Part shown: piece by piece, positions 1 to 8,009 of the stretch
Layout of the letters: each line of letters begins with the position of its first letter
How positions within the stretch are numbered: position 1 is the stretch's first letter
Source: Solirubrobacterales bacterium
GTDB lineage: Bacteria > Actinomycetota > Thermoleophilia > Solirubrobacterales > JBBDJG01
Length of the DNA stretch: 64,000 nt
Assembly (NCBI GenBank): GCA_038203635.1
Contig: JBBRDT010000002.1
Coordinates: 5,030 to 69,029, forward strand
Direction of reading: 5' to 3'
The notes under the pieces: generated by a model
Told to the model about the DNA's origin: nothing
Database searches by the model: none
Seen by the model: only the letters and a program-made list of their open reading frames with translations
Program-made: the position numbers and the translations under genes

Positions 1-18
1 TCGCGAGCAGCGTCCGGC

Positions 19-1500
19 ATGCCCTCGACGCGCTCGACGGAGAGGCGCCGATGGCCGCGACGAGCACCGATGGCAACGGGCTCGCAACGGCCACGGTTCT
101 CGATCCTCCCTGACCAACTGTCAGCTTTGCACTCCGATCAAGAGCTCCGCGTCGCAATCGTCGGCGCAGGACCGGCCGGCTTCTATGCCGCCGGGGCCCT
201 GCTCGCCACCGAGCGGCCAGTCCGCGTCGACCTGTTCGATCGCCTGCCGACGCCGTTCGGGCTGGTGCGCGCGGGCGTCGCGCCGGACCACCCGAAGATC
301 AAGTCCGTCGTGCGGGTCTACGAGAAGACCGCCGCAAAGGAGGGCTTCCGTTTCTTCGGGGGCGTCGAGCTCGGGCGCGACCTGCATCGCGCGGATCTCC
401 TCGAGCGCTACCACGCGGTGATCTACGCGATCGGCGCGGCGACCGACCGGCGCCTGGGGATCCCCGGAGAGGACCTGCAGGGGTCCGAGGCAGCCACGAC
501 CTTCGTGGGCTGGTACAACGGCCACCCCGACCACCCGGACCGCGAGTTCGACCTCGGCGACTGCGAGCGAGTGGTTGTGATCGGCAACGGCAATGTCGCA
601 ATCGACTGCGCGCGGATGCTGGCGCTGAGCGCCGATGAGCTGCGGAAGACCGATACGGCCGATCACGCGATCGACCTGCTGGCGTCCGATGCGGTCAAGG
701 AGATCGTGATCCTGGGCCGCCGCGGTCCGGTGCAGGCGGCCTTCACCAACCCCGAGCTGCTGGAGCTGGGTGAGCTCGAGCAGGCGGACGTGATCGTCGA
801 CCCGGCGGACCTCGAACTGGACGAGGCGTCGCAGGCCTGGCTCGACTCCGACGAGTGCAACAAGACCACGCGCGAGAACGTACGGATCCTGCGCGAGTAC
901 GCCGCGCGCGAGCCCGCCGGGAAGCCGAAGCGGATCATCTTGAGGTTCCTCACCTCCCCGGTCGAGCTGCAGGGGGATGGGCGGGTCGAGCGCATCGTGG
1001 TGGAGCGCAACCGCCTCGAGCCGCGTGACGACGGTTCACTGGCGGCACGGCCGACCGGCGACCGGGACACGCTCGACTGCAGCTTGGTGCTGCGCTCGAT
1101 CGGCTACAAGGGCATCGCGATTCCAGAGGTTCCGTTCGACGAGCGCCGCGGCACGATCCCCAACGTCGCAGGCCGTGTCGTCGACGGGGAGCACCACGTG
1201 ACAGGGGAGTACGTGACGGGCTGGATCCGCCGCGGCCCCAGCGGCGTGATCGGCACGAACAAGAAGGACGGGCAGGAGGCCGCGACCAGCCTGCTCGAGG
1301 ACGCCGAGGCCGGTCTGCTGAACACGCCGGTGACCGACGGCGACATCGCTGACCTGCTCGCCGAGCGCGGTGTCGAGCCCATCAGCTGGCAGGGATGGGA
1401 GCGCATCGACACGCACGAGCAGGACCTCGGCGCCGGCACCCGCCCACGTGTGAAGCTCACCCGCTACGAGCTATTGCACGGCGCCGCGCGAGAGAAGTAG
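19..1500 (+). CDS. FAD/NADPH-dependent ferredoxin reductase (FprA / adrenodoxin-reductase-like)
   Basis: 493-aa ORF. Has dinucleotide-binding motifs VAIVGAGPAGFYAA and VVVIGNGNVAIDCARM, typical of FprA-type reductases. An alternative ATG at 70 is plausible. Confidence 0.8.
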   Translation: MPSTRSTERRRWPRRAPMATGSQRPRFSILPDQLSALHSDQELRVAIVGAGPAGFYAAGALLATERPVRVDLFDRLPTPFGLVRAGVAPDHPKIKSVVRVYEKTAAKEGFRFFGGVELGRDLHRADLLERYHAVIYAIGAATDRRLGIPGEDLQGSEAATTFVGWYNGHPDHPDREFDLGDCERVVVIGNGNVAIDCARMLALSADELRKTDTADHAIDLLASDAVKEIVILGRRGPVQAAFTNPELLELGELEQADVIVDPADLELDEASQAWLDSDECNKTTRENVRILREYAAREPAGKPKRIILRFLTSPVELQGDGRVERIVVERNRLEPRDDGSLAARPTGDRDTLDCSLVLRSIGYKGIAIPEVPFDERRGTIPNVAGRVVDGEHHVTGEYVTGWIRRGPSGVIGTNKKDGQEAATSLLEDAEAGLLNTPVTDGDIADLLAERGVEPISWQGWERIDTHEQDLGAGTRPRVKLTRYELLHGAAREK

Positions 1501-1501
1501 G

Positions 1502-1541
1502 CCGTCATTTCCTTAGCCGGAAATGACGGGAGCTCCGAAGG
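1502..1541 (+). terminator. Post-gene hairpin (CCGTCATTTCC / GGAAATGACGG, loop TTAGCC) with conserved tail GGGAGCTCCGAAGG
   Basis: Perfect 11-bp stem starting 2 nt after the fprA-like stop. Same architecture as the elements at 20657 and 23096. Confidence 0.6.
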
Positions 1542-1612
1542 CTCGGGACAGGGAGCTCCCGGCTTTCTGCGCTTGCAGAAAGACGGAATTCCTGTTTAGA
1601 ACGGCTTAGTTC

Positions 1613-1939
1613 CTAAGCCGTTCTAAACGACTGGCCGCAGCCGCAGGCTGCGATGACCTTCGGGTTGTTCACCGCGAAGCCGGCGCCCTGCAGGCCCTCG
1701 ACGTAGTCCACCTCGGACCCGTCGACGAACTCGAGACTCTCGGAGTCGACCAGCAGGCGGATGTCGCTGTGCTCGAAGACCTGGTCGCCGTCGCGCTTCT
1801 CGTCAAACGCAAGCGCGTACTGGAAGCCCGAACAGCCACCGCCACGGACCGCGACGCGCAGACCGGCCTCGGGACTGTCGGCCTGGCCGTTCATGAGCTC
1901 CTTGACCTTTGTGGCGGCGATGTCGGTAAGCGTGACCAA
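1613..1939 (-). CDS. erpA: Iron-sulfur cluster insertion protein, HesB/IscA/ErpA family
   Basis: The C-terminal about 108 aa of ORF 1613..2323 match the A-type carrier pattern (GGGCSGFQY ... CGCGQSF). In-frame TTG at 1939 is preceded by GGAGG; the upstream part of the ORF is Arg-rich shadow sequence. Confidence 0.8.
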   Translation of the reverse strand: MVTLTDIAATKVKELMNGQADSPEAGLRVAVRGGGCSGFQYALAFDEKRDGDQVFEHSDIRLLVDSESLEFVDGSEVDYVEGLQGAGFAVNNPKVIAACGCGQSFRTA

Positions 1940-2059
1940 GTGAATGAAACCTCCGTTATTACTTCGGTGCCCTTCCGCACCGCCTTTAGCTGACGACAGC
2001 CGGAATACAGCCATTGTAGCGGTGCCCCGGCGCGACGCCCAACGTGGTAGAAGGGGCCG

Positions 2060-2923
2060 GTGCAGCGCGTCGCCCTCGTCTCCGATACGACCGCCTACCT
2101 GCCGGCGGAGCTGGTCGAGCGCCACGGCATACAGCTGGTGAGCCTCTACGTGAACTGGGAGGACGCCAGCGAGCGCGAGGCGGACATGCCGAACTTCGAC
2201 GACTTCTACGCCCGCCTGCGGCAGGCGGATCGGCTGCCCACGACCTCCCAGCCCTCGATCGGCGACTTCATCGAGGTGTATGAGCCGCTCGTACGTGACG
2301 GTCTCGACGTGGTCTCGGTCCACATCTCAGGAGGCATCTCGGGCACGGTGGAGTCGGCCCGCCAGGCCAAGGAGCAGCTCGCGGCCGGCACGGGAGTGGA
2401 CCGCATCACGATCGTCGACTCGGAGACCGCAGCCGGAGGCATGGCCTTCGCGGTGCTGGCCGGGGCCCGCGCCGCGCAGGCGGGAGCTTCAGCGGAGGAG
2501 GTCGTCCAGCGCATCCGCACGACGCGCGAGCACCTGAAGATGTGGTTCGCGGTGGACACGCTCGAGTACCTGCGCCGCGGCGGGAGGATCGGCGCCGCGT
2601 CGGCGTGGCTCGGCTCGGCGCTCAAGATCAAGCCGATCCTCACGCTCGAGCAGGAGATCACGCCGATCGAGCGGGTGCGCACAGGCGCCAAGGCGCTGCG
2701 GCGGTTGGTCGAGTACGCCGAGCAGCGGCATGTCGACGGTGCCGACGCGTGGGTCGTGCAGCACATCCGGGCGCCCGACGAGGCCGCCCAGCTGGTCGCG
2801 GAGGTCGAGAAGTTCATGGGCCACCCGCCATTGTTCGTGTCCGAGGTCGGGCCGGTGCTCGGGACGCACGTCGGGCCGGGTCTGCTGGGCATCGGCGGCG
2901 TGCCGCCGAGCGATCTCGAGTAA
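2060..2923 (+). CDS. DegV family fatty-acid-binding protein
   Basis: 287-aa ORF with GTG start. N-terminus VALVSDTTAYLP and overall length are typical of the DegV family. Confidence 0.8.
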   Translation: MQRVALVSDTTAYLPAELVERHGIQLVSLYVNWEDASEREADMPNFDDFYARLRQADRLPTTSQPSIGDFIEVYEPLVRDGLDVVSVHISGGISGTVESARQAKEQLAAGTGVDRITIVDSETAAGGMAFAVLAGARAAQAGASAEEVVQRIRTTREHLKMWFAVDTLEYLRRGGRIGAASAWLGSALKIKPILTLEQEITPIERVRTGAKALRRLVEYAEQRHVDGADAWVVQHIRAPDEAAQLVAEVEKFMGHPPLFVSEVGPVLGTHVGPGLLGIGGVPPSDLE

Positions 2924-2936
2924 ATCGCGCCCTGAG

Positions 2937-3149
2937 CTAGCGGCGGCGGCGGAACGCGGCCAACCCGCCGCCCACTACGAACCCGAGCACGGCGGCGCCT
3001 GCGATCGCGGCGTTGCGGTGCTCGTTGATCTGGCGGCGCCAGTCGGTGAGCACCTTGACCTTGGTGCGCAGCTCCTCCACCGACGTCGCCAGCTCGCGCC
3101 GGGTCCGTTCGATGGAGTGCTGGATCTCTTCGGGTGAGCGGGTGGGCAT
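2937..3149 (-). CDS. DUF3618-like small membrane-anchored protein
   Basis: ATG at 3149 lies 2 nt after the stop of the upstream gene. 70 aa: coiled-coil N-terminus plus a C-terminal TM (AIAGAAVLGFVVGGGLAAF). The longer ORF 2937..3383 overlaps the holin-like gene in another frame. Confidence 0.65.
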   Translation of the reverse strand: MPTRSPEEIQHSIERTRRELATSVEELRTKVKVLTDWRRQINEHRNAAIAGAAVLGFVVGGGLAAFRRRR

Positions 3150-3151
3150 GG

Positions 3152-3607
3152 CTACTTCTTCTTGACCTCTTCGGCCGGTGCGACGTAGGTCTCCAGCTCC
3201 GGGTGCTCGATGGCCTCCTTCGTGCGCTTCGCCTCCTCGATCGCCTTGTCGGGCGTCGGCGGCGCACCGGCCTTGAAGCTCCGGTAGGCGATGAAGCCGG
3301 CCAGGGCGGCGAGCACGAAGAGCAGGCCGGTGGTGATCAGGAAGCCGACCCAAAGCGAATCGAACAGGTCGTTGATCCCCCACGCAAGCGCGTGGAAGGC
3401 GAAGATCAGGCCGAGGAATACGAAGAACCCGGCCGCCGCCCCCACCGCCGCGCCGCGCGCGAGCTTCTGGATCTTGAGCTCGATCTCGGTCTTGGCGAGC
3501 TCGATCTCCTCGCGCACCAGCGTCGACGCGTTCTCGGAAATGCGGTTGACGACCTCCCCGAGGGAGCGGTCGACATCCTGCACGCCGTTTGTGCCGTCAG
3601 CCGGCAA
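3152..3607 (-). CDS. Holin-X / DUF1469 (phage holin family 3_6-like) membrane protein
   Basis: 151 aa, with an amphipathic N-terminus (LVREEIELAKTEIELK) followed by two TM helices. This pattern resembles the actinobacterial Holin-X family. Confidence 0.7.
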   Translation of the reverse strand: MPADGTNGVQDVDRSLGEVVNRISENASTLVREEIELAKTEIELKIQKLARGAAVGAAAGFFVFLGLIFAFHALAWGINDLFDSLWVGFLITTGLLFVLAALAGFIAYRSFKAGAPPTPDKAIEEAKRTKEAIEHPELETYVAPAEEVKKK

Positions 3608-3788
3608 GGCGCCTCAGGATCTTCGCCAGCAGGAAGCCACCTGCGAACGCCGCGCCCAGCAACACCTCGGGCTTGTCGGTCGCCGCGATCTGCGGTGTCG
3701 TGGCATGGGACCCGTTCACCGAGGCGGCATGCTCGTCGGCCGCGCTGATGATCTCGGGACTCACCTGCGTGCGGTCGTACTCGTTCAT
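3597..3788 (-). CDS. Small hypothetical membrane protein
   Basis: Internal ATG (MNEYDRTQ...) of ORF 3597..3869. Single C-terminal TM (LLGAAFAGGFLLAKIL). Overlaps the next gene's start by 11 nt, suggesting translational coupling. Confidence 0.5.
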   Translation of the reverse strand: MNEYDRTQVSPEIISAADEHAASVNGSHATTPQIAATDKPEVLLGAAFAGGFLLAKILRRLAG

Positions 3789-3804
3789 TTCGCGCTGTCC
3801 GCTT

Positions 3805-4071
3805 TCAATCGGGGGGGTCTTCGTCGAACACCCGGCGCCAGATCGCCGCCGCCACGCGGTTGGCCGCAATCGCGGCCAGTGCCCCGATGCCGGCGATCAG
3901 CCCGCTCCATATGAGGCGCTTGGCGAGGTCGTTGTCGCCCACGGCGCCGAAGTAAAGCAGAGGCCTGGGTCGGTCATTCGTCCAATTCCGTCTGCCCGGA
4001 GGCACGATGGGGGAAACAAATGTCAGGAGAAGCAAGCCCGGCGCGGACACGGAAGTCCGCTTCGGGCCCAC
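3805..4071 (-). CDS. DUF4235-like small membrane protein
   Basis: C-terminal part (LIWSGLIAGIGALAAIAANRVAAAIWRRVF) resembles DUF4235. The start codon is uncertain. Confidence 0.5.
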   Translation of the reverse strand: MGPKRTSVSAPGLLLLTFVSPIVPPGRRNWTNDRPRPLLYFGAVGDNDLAKRLIWSGLIAGIGALAAIAANRVAAAIWRRVFDEDPPD

Positions 4072-4133
4072 CCGCGCGGGCAGGGAAGCCCTGCGCGGGG
4101 GTTACGAGGAGAGAACCGAGGAATGAAGCGCCC

Positions 4134-5959
4134 ATGCGTCAGACGATCCGTCGTCCCCTGATCCCCTTTCTGCTGTGCGTCGCGGCACTCGTGGCCTGGC
4201 CGGCTCACGCGGCCGCCAACCACACCATCGTGGCAACCGACTTCAAGCTGACGGCATCCGACCACTCGGCCGGTGCAAGCCCGGACGCCTCGAGCTGGAC
4301 GACGCTCACCTATCCCGGCGTCGCGAACACGGATGACGTGAAGCACACCATCGGCCATTTCGCGCCGGAATGGTGGCAAACCCCGAGGCCGTCCCGAAGT
4401 GCCCGCGCGACGTGTACCTCGCCGACAACTGCCCGCCCGAGACGCTGATCGGGTCCAGCGAGGCGGATGTGCACACGCTGCCGCCGGTCGGCCCGATCCT
4501 GACCGAGCCCGGGCGCATCTACAACGTGGTGCAGCAGGGCAGCGAGGCCGGGCGCCTGGGCATCGTCGTCGACGCTGTCTCCAAGGTGTTCCTCGAGGCG
4601 GCGTTCTACGTGCGCAACACAGGCGACTACGGGCTGGACGGTGACCTCGACAATCTGCCGCGTACGATCGGCGGCATCGGCGACATTCAGATCCGCCGCC
4701 TGAAGTTCACGCTCTTCGGCACCGTGCAAGGACGGAAGTTCACGCGCGGTCCGACGTCGTGCTCGCTGAAGGTCTCCACCGGTGAGGGCGAGGCCTACGA
4801 CCACCCCGGGTTCGTTGCGGGCCCGGTCGACTCCTACACGCCGACGAACTGCGACAAGCTCCCGTTCGCACCGACGTTCGCAATGTCGGTCGGTGACAAG
4901 GGCAGCACCGGCGAGCGCGACAAGCCTCCCCTCAACGTGACCGTCACACAAGAACCGGGTGAGGCGGGCATCCTCGGCAACGGTGTAACGCTGCCGTTCG
5001 AGATCGGCCCGAACCTGCCCGCCTTCACGACCATCTGCACTCTCGCGCAGAGCGCCGCGAGCGCTTGCCCGCCCGGAGCCAAGATGGGCACCGCCATCGC
5101 TACCTCCGCGTTCGTCGACAAGCCGCTGACCGGAAACGTCTACGCCGTGGAGCAGGCCGGCGTACCGTACCTGCCGGGGCTCGTCGCGGATCTGCGCGGC
5201 CGCGTCAACGCGCAGATCAAGATCGCGACTCAGATCATCAACGGCAGGTACATCCGCTCAACGGTCACCGATGTGCCCGACCTGCCGGTGAGCAGCTTCT
5301 CGATGTCGCTGATCGGCGGCGACAAGGGACCGCTCGAATCCAAGTTCGACCTGTGCTTCAAGGACGCAAACAAGTTCCGGACCATGAACCCGGAGGTCAC
5401 CTTCACGGCGCACAGCGGCAAGCGCACCACCTCGAAGCCGCGGCTCGCCGTCATCGGTTGCCCGCCTGCCGCCACGGCTTCGCTGCGAGGCGCCGCCGGG
5501 CGCAGGGCGACGCTGAGGCTGACGGTGGAGCGGCACCCGGACGCAGACAACATCGAAGGACTGAGCGTCACGCTGCCGCGCGGCGTGACCCTCGTCGCGA
5601 AGCGCATGAAGGGCAAGGCGGTCGGCGTGAAGGGATCGGGAGCGAGCGGCGCCTCGGCCCGCGCGGCCGGCAAGCGCACTCTTCAGATCTCGAAGCTGAC
5701 CGGCAAGGGATCCCGCAAGGTGACCGTCACTCTGCGACGCGGAGCGGTGCGGCTGTCAGGCAAGGTGCGGAGGCTGGCCCGCAAGGGCAAGCGGCCGAAG
5801 GTGCGCATCAAGGTGCGTTCGCGGGACACGAAGGGAGTGCACCACGTGTCCCGGGTGAGCGTGAGCGCTAGGTGTAGTTCCTCACCACGTTTGTCATCCG
5901 GGCCCCCTTGGAGGCTGGGAGCTGCCAAAGCCACCCAGTCCCAAGGAGGACCCAGATGA
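4134..5959 (+). pseudogene. Secreted hypothetical protein, frameshifted near 4367 and with its 3' end altered by the IS481 insertion
   Basis: ATG at 4134 gives a signal peptide (MRQTIRRPLIPFLLCVAALVAWPAHAAA) in ORF 4020..4448. The body continues in another frame as ORF 4370..5959. The last about 29 codons are read from IS sequence. Confidence 0.55.
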
Positions 5960-6922
5960 AGCTTCACGCTAACGCCAAGACCTGTCCGAACAGTCGACGG
6001 TTGCTGGTCGATCGGATCCTGCTCGAGCATTGGCCGGTGAGGGCGGCGGCCATGGCCGCCGCCCTCACCGAGCGAACCGCCTTCCGGTGGCTTGCGCGGT
6101 GGCGTGCCGAAGGACAGCGCGGGTTGCTCGACCGCCCGTCGACGCCCAAGCGGATCCCCCACCGCACCGCCCCTGACCGGGTGCTGGCAATCACGCGCCT
6201 GCGCCGGCTGCGCATGACCGCGGCCGAGATCGCGGAGGTGCTTGGGATGGCGCTCTCGACTGTGTCTGCGGCGCTCAAGCGGATCGGCCTGGGCAAGCGC
6301 TCGCGGCTTGAGCCAGTCGAGCCCCCGAACCGCTACGAGCGGCAGCGCCCAGGCGAGCTCGTGCACCTGGACATCAAAAAGCTCGGTCGTATCCTGAGCG
6401 CCGGGCACCGCATGATCGGCTCGCGCAAGAGCCAGAAGAAAGTCGGGCCCAAGCGCCTCGGTGCGGCCGGCTGGGAGTTCGTGCATGTCTGCGTCGATGA
6501 CGCCACGCGGCTCGCCTACGCGGAAGTGCTGCCGAACGAGCGCGGCGCCAGCGCGGCGGCCTTCCTGCAGCGCGCGGTGGCCTGGTTCGCCGGCTTCGGG
6601 ATCGAGGTCGAGCTGGTCATGAGCGACAACGGCGCTTGCTATCGCTCGCACGTCCACGCAGCGGCCTGTCGCGAGCTGGGGGTTCGCCGCCACCTGTTCA
6701 CAAGGCCCTACCGCCCACGCACCAACGGCAAGGCAGAGCGCTTCATCAAGACGCTCACGGAGCGCTGGGCCTATGGCGCCATCTACGGCTCATCGGCCGA
6801 GCGAAGCACAGCGCTGCCCGGCTGGCTGACCCACTACAACTTCAATCGCAGGCACGGCTCCCTCGGCCACAAGCCGCCCGCAGCTCGGCTCGCCGAGCTG
6901 TACAACCTGGCTGGGAACTACA
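5873..6922 (+). mobile_element. IS481-family insertion sequence (1050 bp)
   Basis: Terminal inverted repeats TGTAGTTCC... (5873) and ...GGAACTACA (6922). Flanked by an identical 6-bp direct repeat GCTAGG (5867-5872 and 6923-6928), matching the NCTAGN target described for IS481. Confidence 0.9.
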
Positions 6923-6927
6923 GCTAG
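5956..6927 (+). CDS. IS481-family DDE transposase
   Basis: N-terminus MKLHANAKTCPNSRRLLVDRI plus an rve-type integrase core (HLDIKKL ... SDNG ... RPYRPRTNGKAERF). RBS AAGGAGGA at 5943-5950. The stop TAG lies in the duplicated target. Confidence 0.9.
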   Translation: MKLHANAKTCPNSRRLLVDRILLEHWPVRAAAMAAALTERTAFRWLARWRAEGQRGLLDRPSTPKRIPHRTAPDRVLAITRLRRLRMTAAEIAEVLGMALSTVSAALKRIGLGKRSRLEPVEPPNRYERQRPGELVHLDIKKLGRILSAGHRMIGSRKSQKKVGPKRLGAAGWEFVHVCVDDATRLAYAEVLPNERGASAAAFLQRAVAWFAGFGIEVELVMSDNGACYRSHVHAAACRELGVRRHLFTRPYRPRTNGKAERFIKTLTERWAYGAIYGSSAERSTALPGWLTHYNFNRRHGSLGHKPPAARLAELYNLAGNYS

Positions 6928-6935
6928 GCGCTGAC

Positions 6936-7991
6936 TCACTGGCAGTTGGGGTCGTCCCCGTCGATCAGCCCCGGCACACCCTCGTTGTCCTGGCCGTCGT
7001 TGCAGATGCCGGGCGCCGGTTCGGGCTCGGGCGCGGGCGTCGGCTCCGGGACGGGCGTGTTCTGCGGGGCCTCGCCCCGCTGTTCTGCGCATTGCTCGGC
7101 CTCGAGCTGTGAGCGCGGGGGATCGCACTGCAGGCCGGTCTGGGGCGCCGGCGCCGGCGTGGTCACCGTGGGAGGCCGTTCGGGCTCCGGGGGCGGTGGC
7201 TGGAACACGCGCACGATCGTCACGGTGGGAGGGTCCGGATATGCCTCGTAGCAGTTGCTGTAACGCCCGCGTCGGGTGCGCCTGATGAAGACCTCGTCGT
7301 AGTCACCGTTGCTGTAGTAGTCGCGGCGGTAATAGGTCTCGTCGTAGTCGCCCTTGTGCCGGTACTTGCACTGCCTCGGCGGTTTGTATGCCGGCGGACA
7401 GCTGCTGCACTTGGCACTCGGCGTGAACACCGCGGGCCCGAGCGGGTTCCCGCAGAAGCAGCGCACCACGGGCGTGCCGTATTTGTCGACGAGCACGGCG
7501 GTACCCGCCTGCAGGATGGCCTGGAACGGCACCGCCTGACCGTTCTTGTAGGCGTGGTTCGTGACCTGCGTGTCGCGGGTGAGGGTCACGGGATGCAGCT
7601 TCGCGATGTACTTGCGCACCGCGCGGAACGTGGGTCTCACTCCCAACACCCGGGCCCACTCCCGCATCACCCTGGGGTTCCGCTTCAGGAACCGGATCAG
7701 CTTGTCGCGGTCGCAGACCCGGTTTGACCCGCTGCCGCCGAAGGGCTGCTTGCTGCCGCTTCCGGCGGCCGGTAGTTCGACCTCCTCGTTGCCCTCGACA
7801 TCGGCCGGCTTCGTGAACGGGTCGGGCCCCGGGTCCTCAGGTTGCTGGAAGCTGACTGTCTGGAGGTCTGCCTTGTCGCCCGTGGCCGAATCGTCCGAGC
7901 CGCCGCAGCCCACGACCACCATCGCCACAGCGGTCAAGAGGAGCGCTGCGACAAGTCCTGCCCTGGCCAGGGTGATTTTCGGACGGGACAT
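6936..7991 (-). CDS. Putative lipoprotein with Pro-rich linker and C-terminal Cys/Asp-rich motif
   Basis: Signal peptide with a lipobox-like VVGC. C-terminal CNDGQDNEGVPGLIDGDDPNC motif. No family recognised. Confidence 0.6.
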   Translation of the reverse strand: MSRPKITLARAGLVAALLLTAVAMVVVGCGGSDDSATGDKADLQTVSFQQPEDPGPDPFTKPADVEGNEEVELPAAGSGSKQPFGGSGSNRVCDRDKLIRFLKRNPRVMREWARVLGVRPTFRAVRKYIAKLHPVTLTRDTQVTNHAYKNGQAVPFQAILQAGTAVLVDKYGTPVVRCFCGNPLGPAVFTPSAKCSSCPPAYKPPRQCKYRHKGDYDETYYRRDYYSNGDYDEVFIRRTRRGRYSNCYEAYPDPPTVTIVRVFQPPPPEPERPPTVTTPAPAPQTGLQCDPPRSQLEAEQCAEQRGEAPQNTPVPEPTPAPEPEPAPGICNDGQDNEGVPGLIDGDDPNCQ

Positions 7992-8009
7992 CTCGACGCA
8001 CGGCGCAAA

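Noticed and set aside
3152-3607. Holin-family gene as evidence of a prophage or lysis cassette
   Set aside because: There is no endolysin, spanin, integrase, capsid or tail gene, and no att-like repeat nearby. The neighbours are small conserved-looking membrane proteins in one coupled operon, so a chromosomal non-phage role is more likely.
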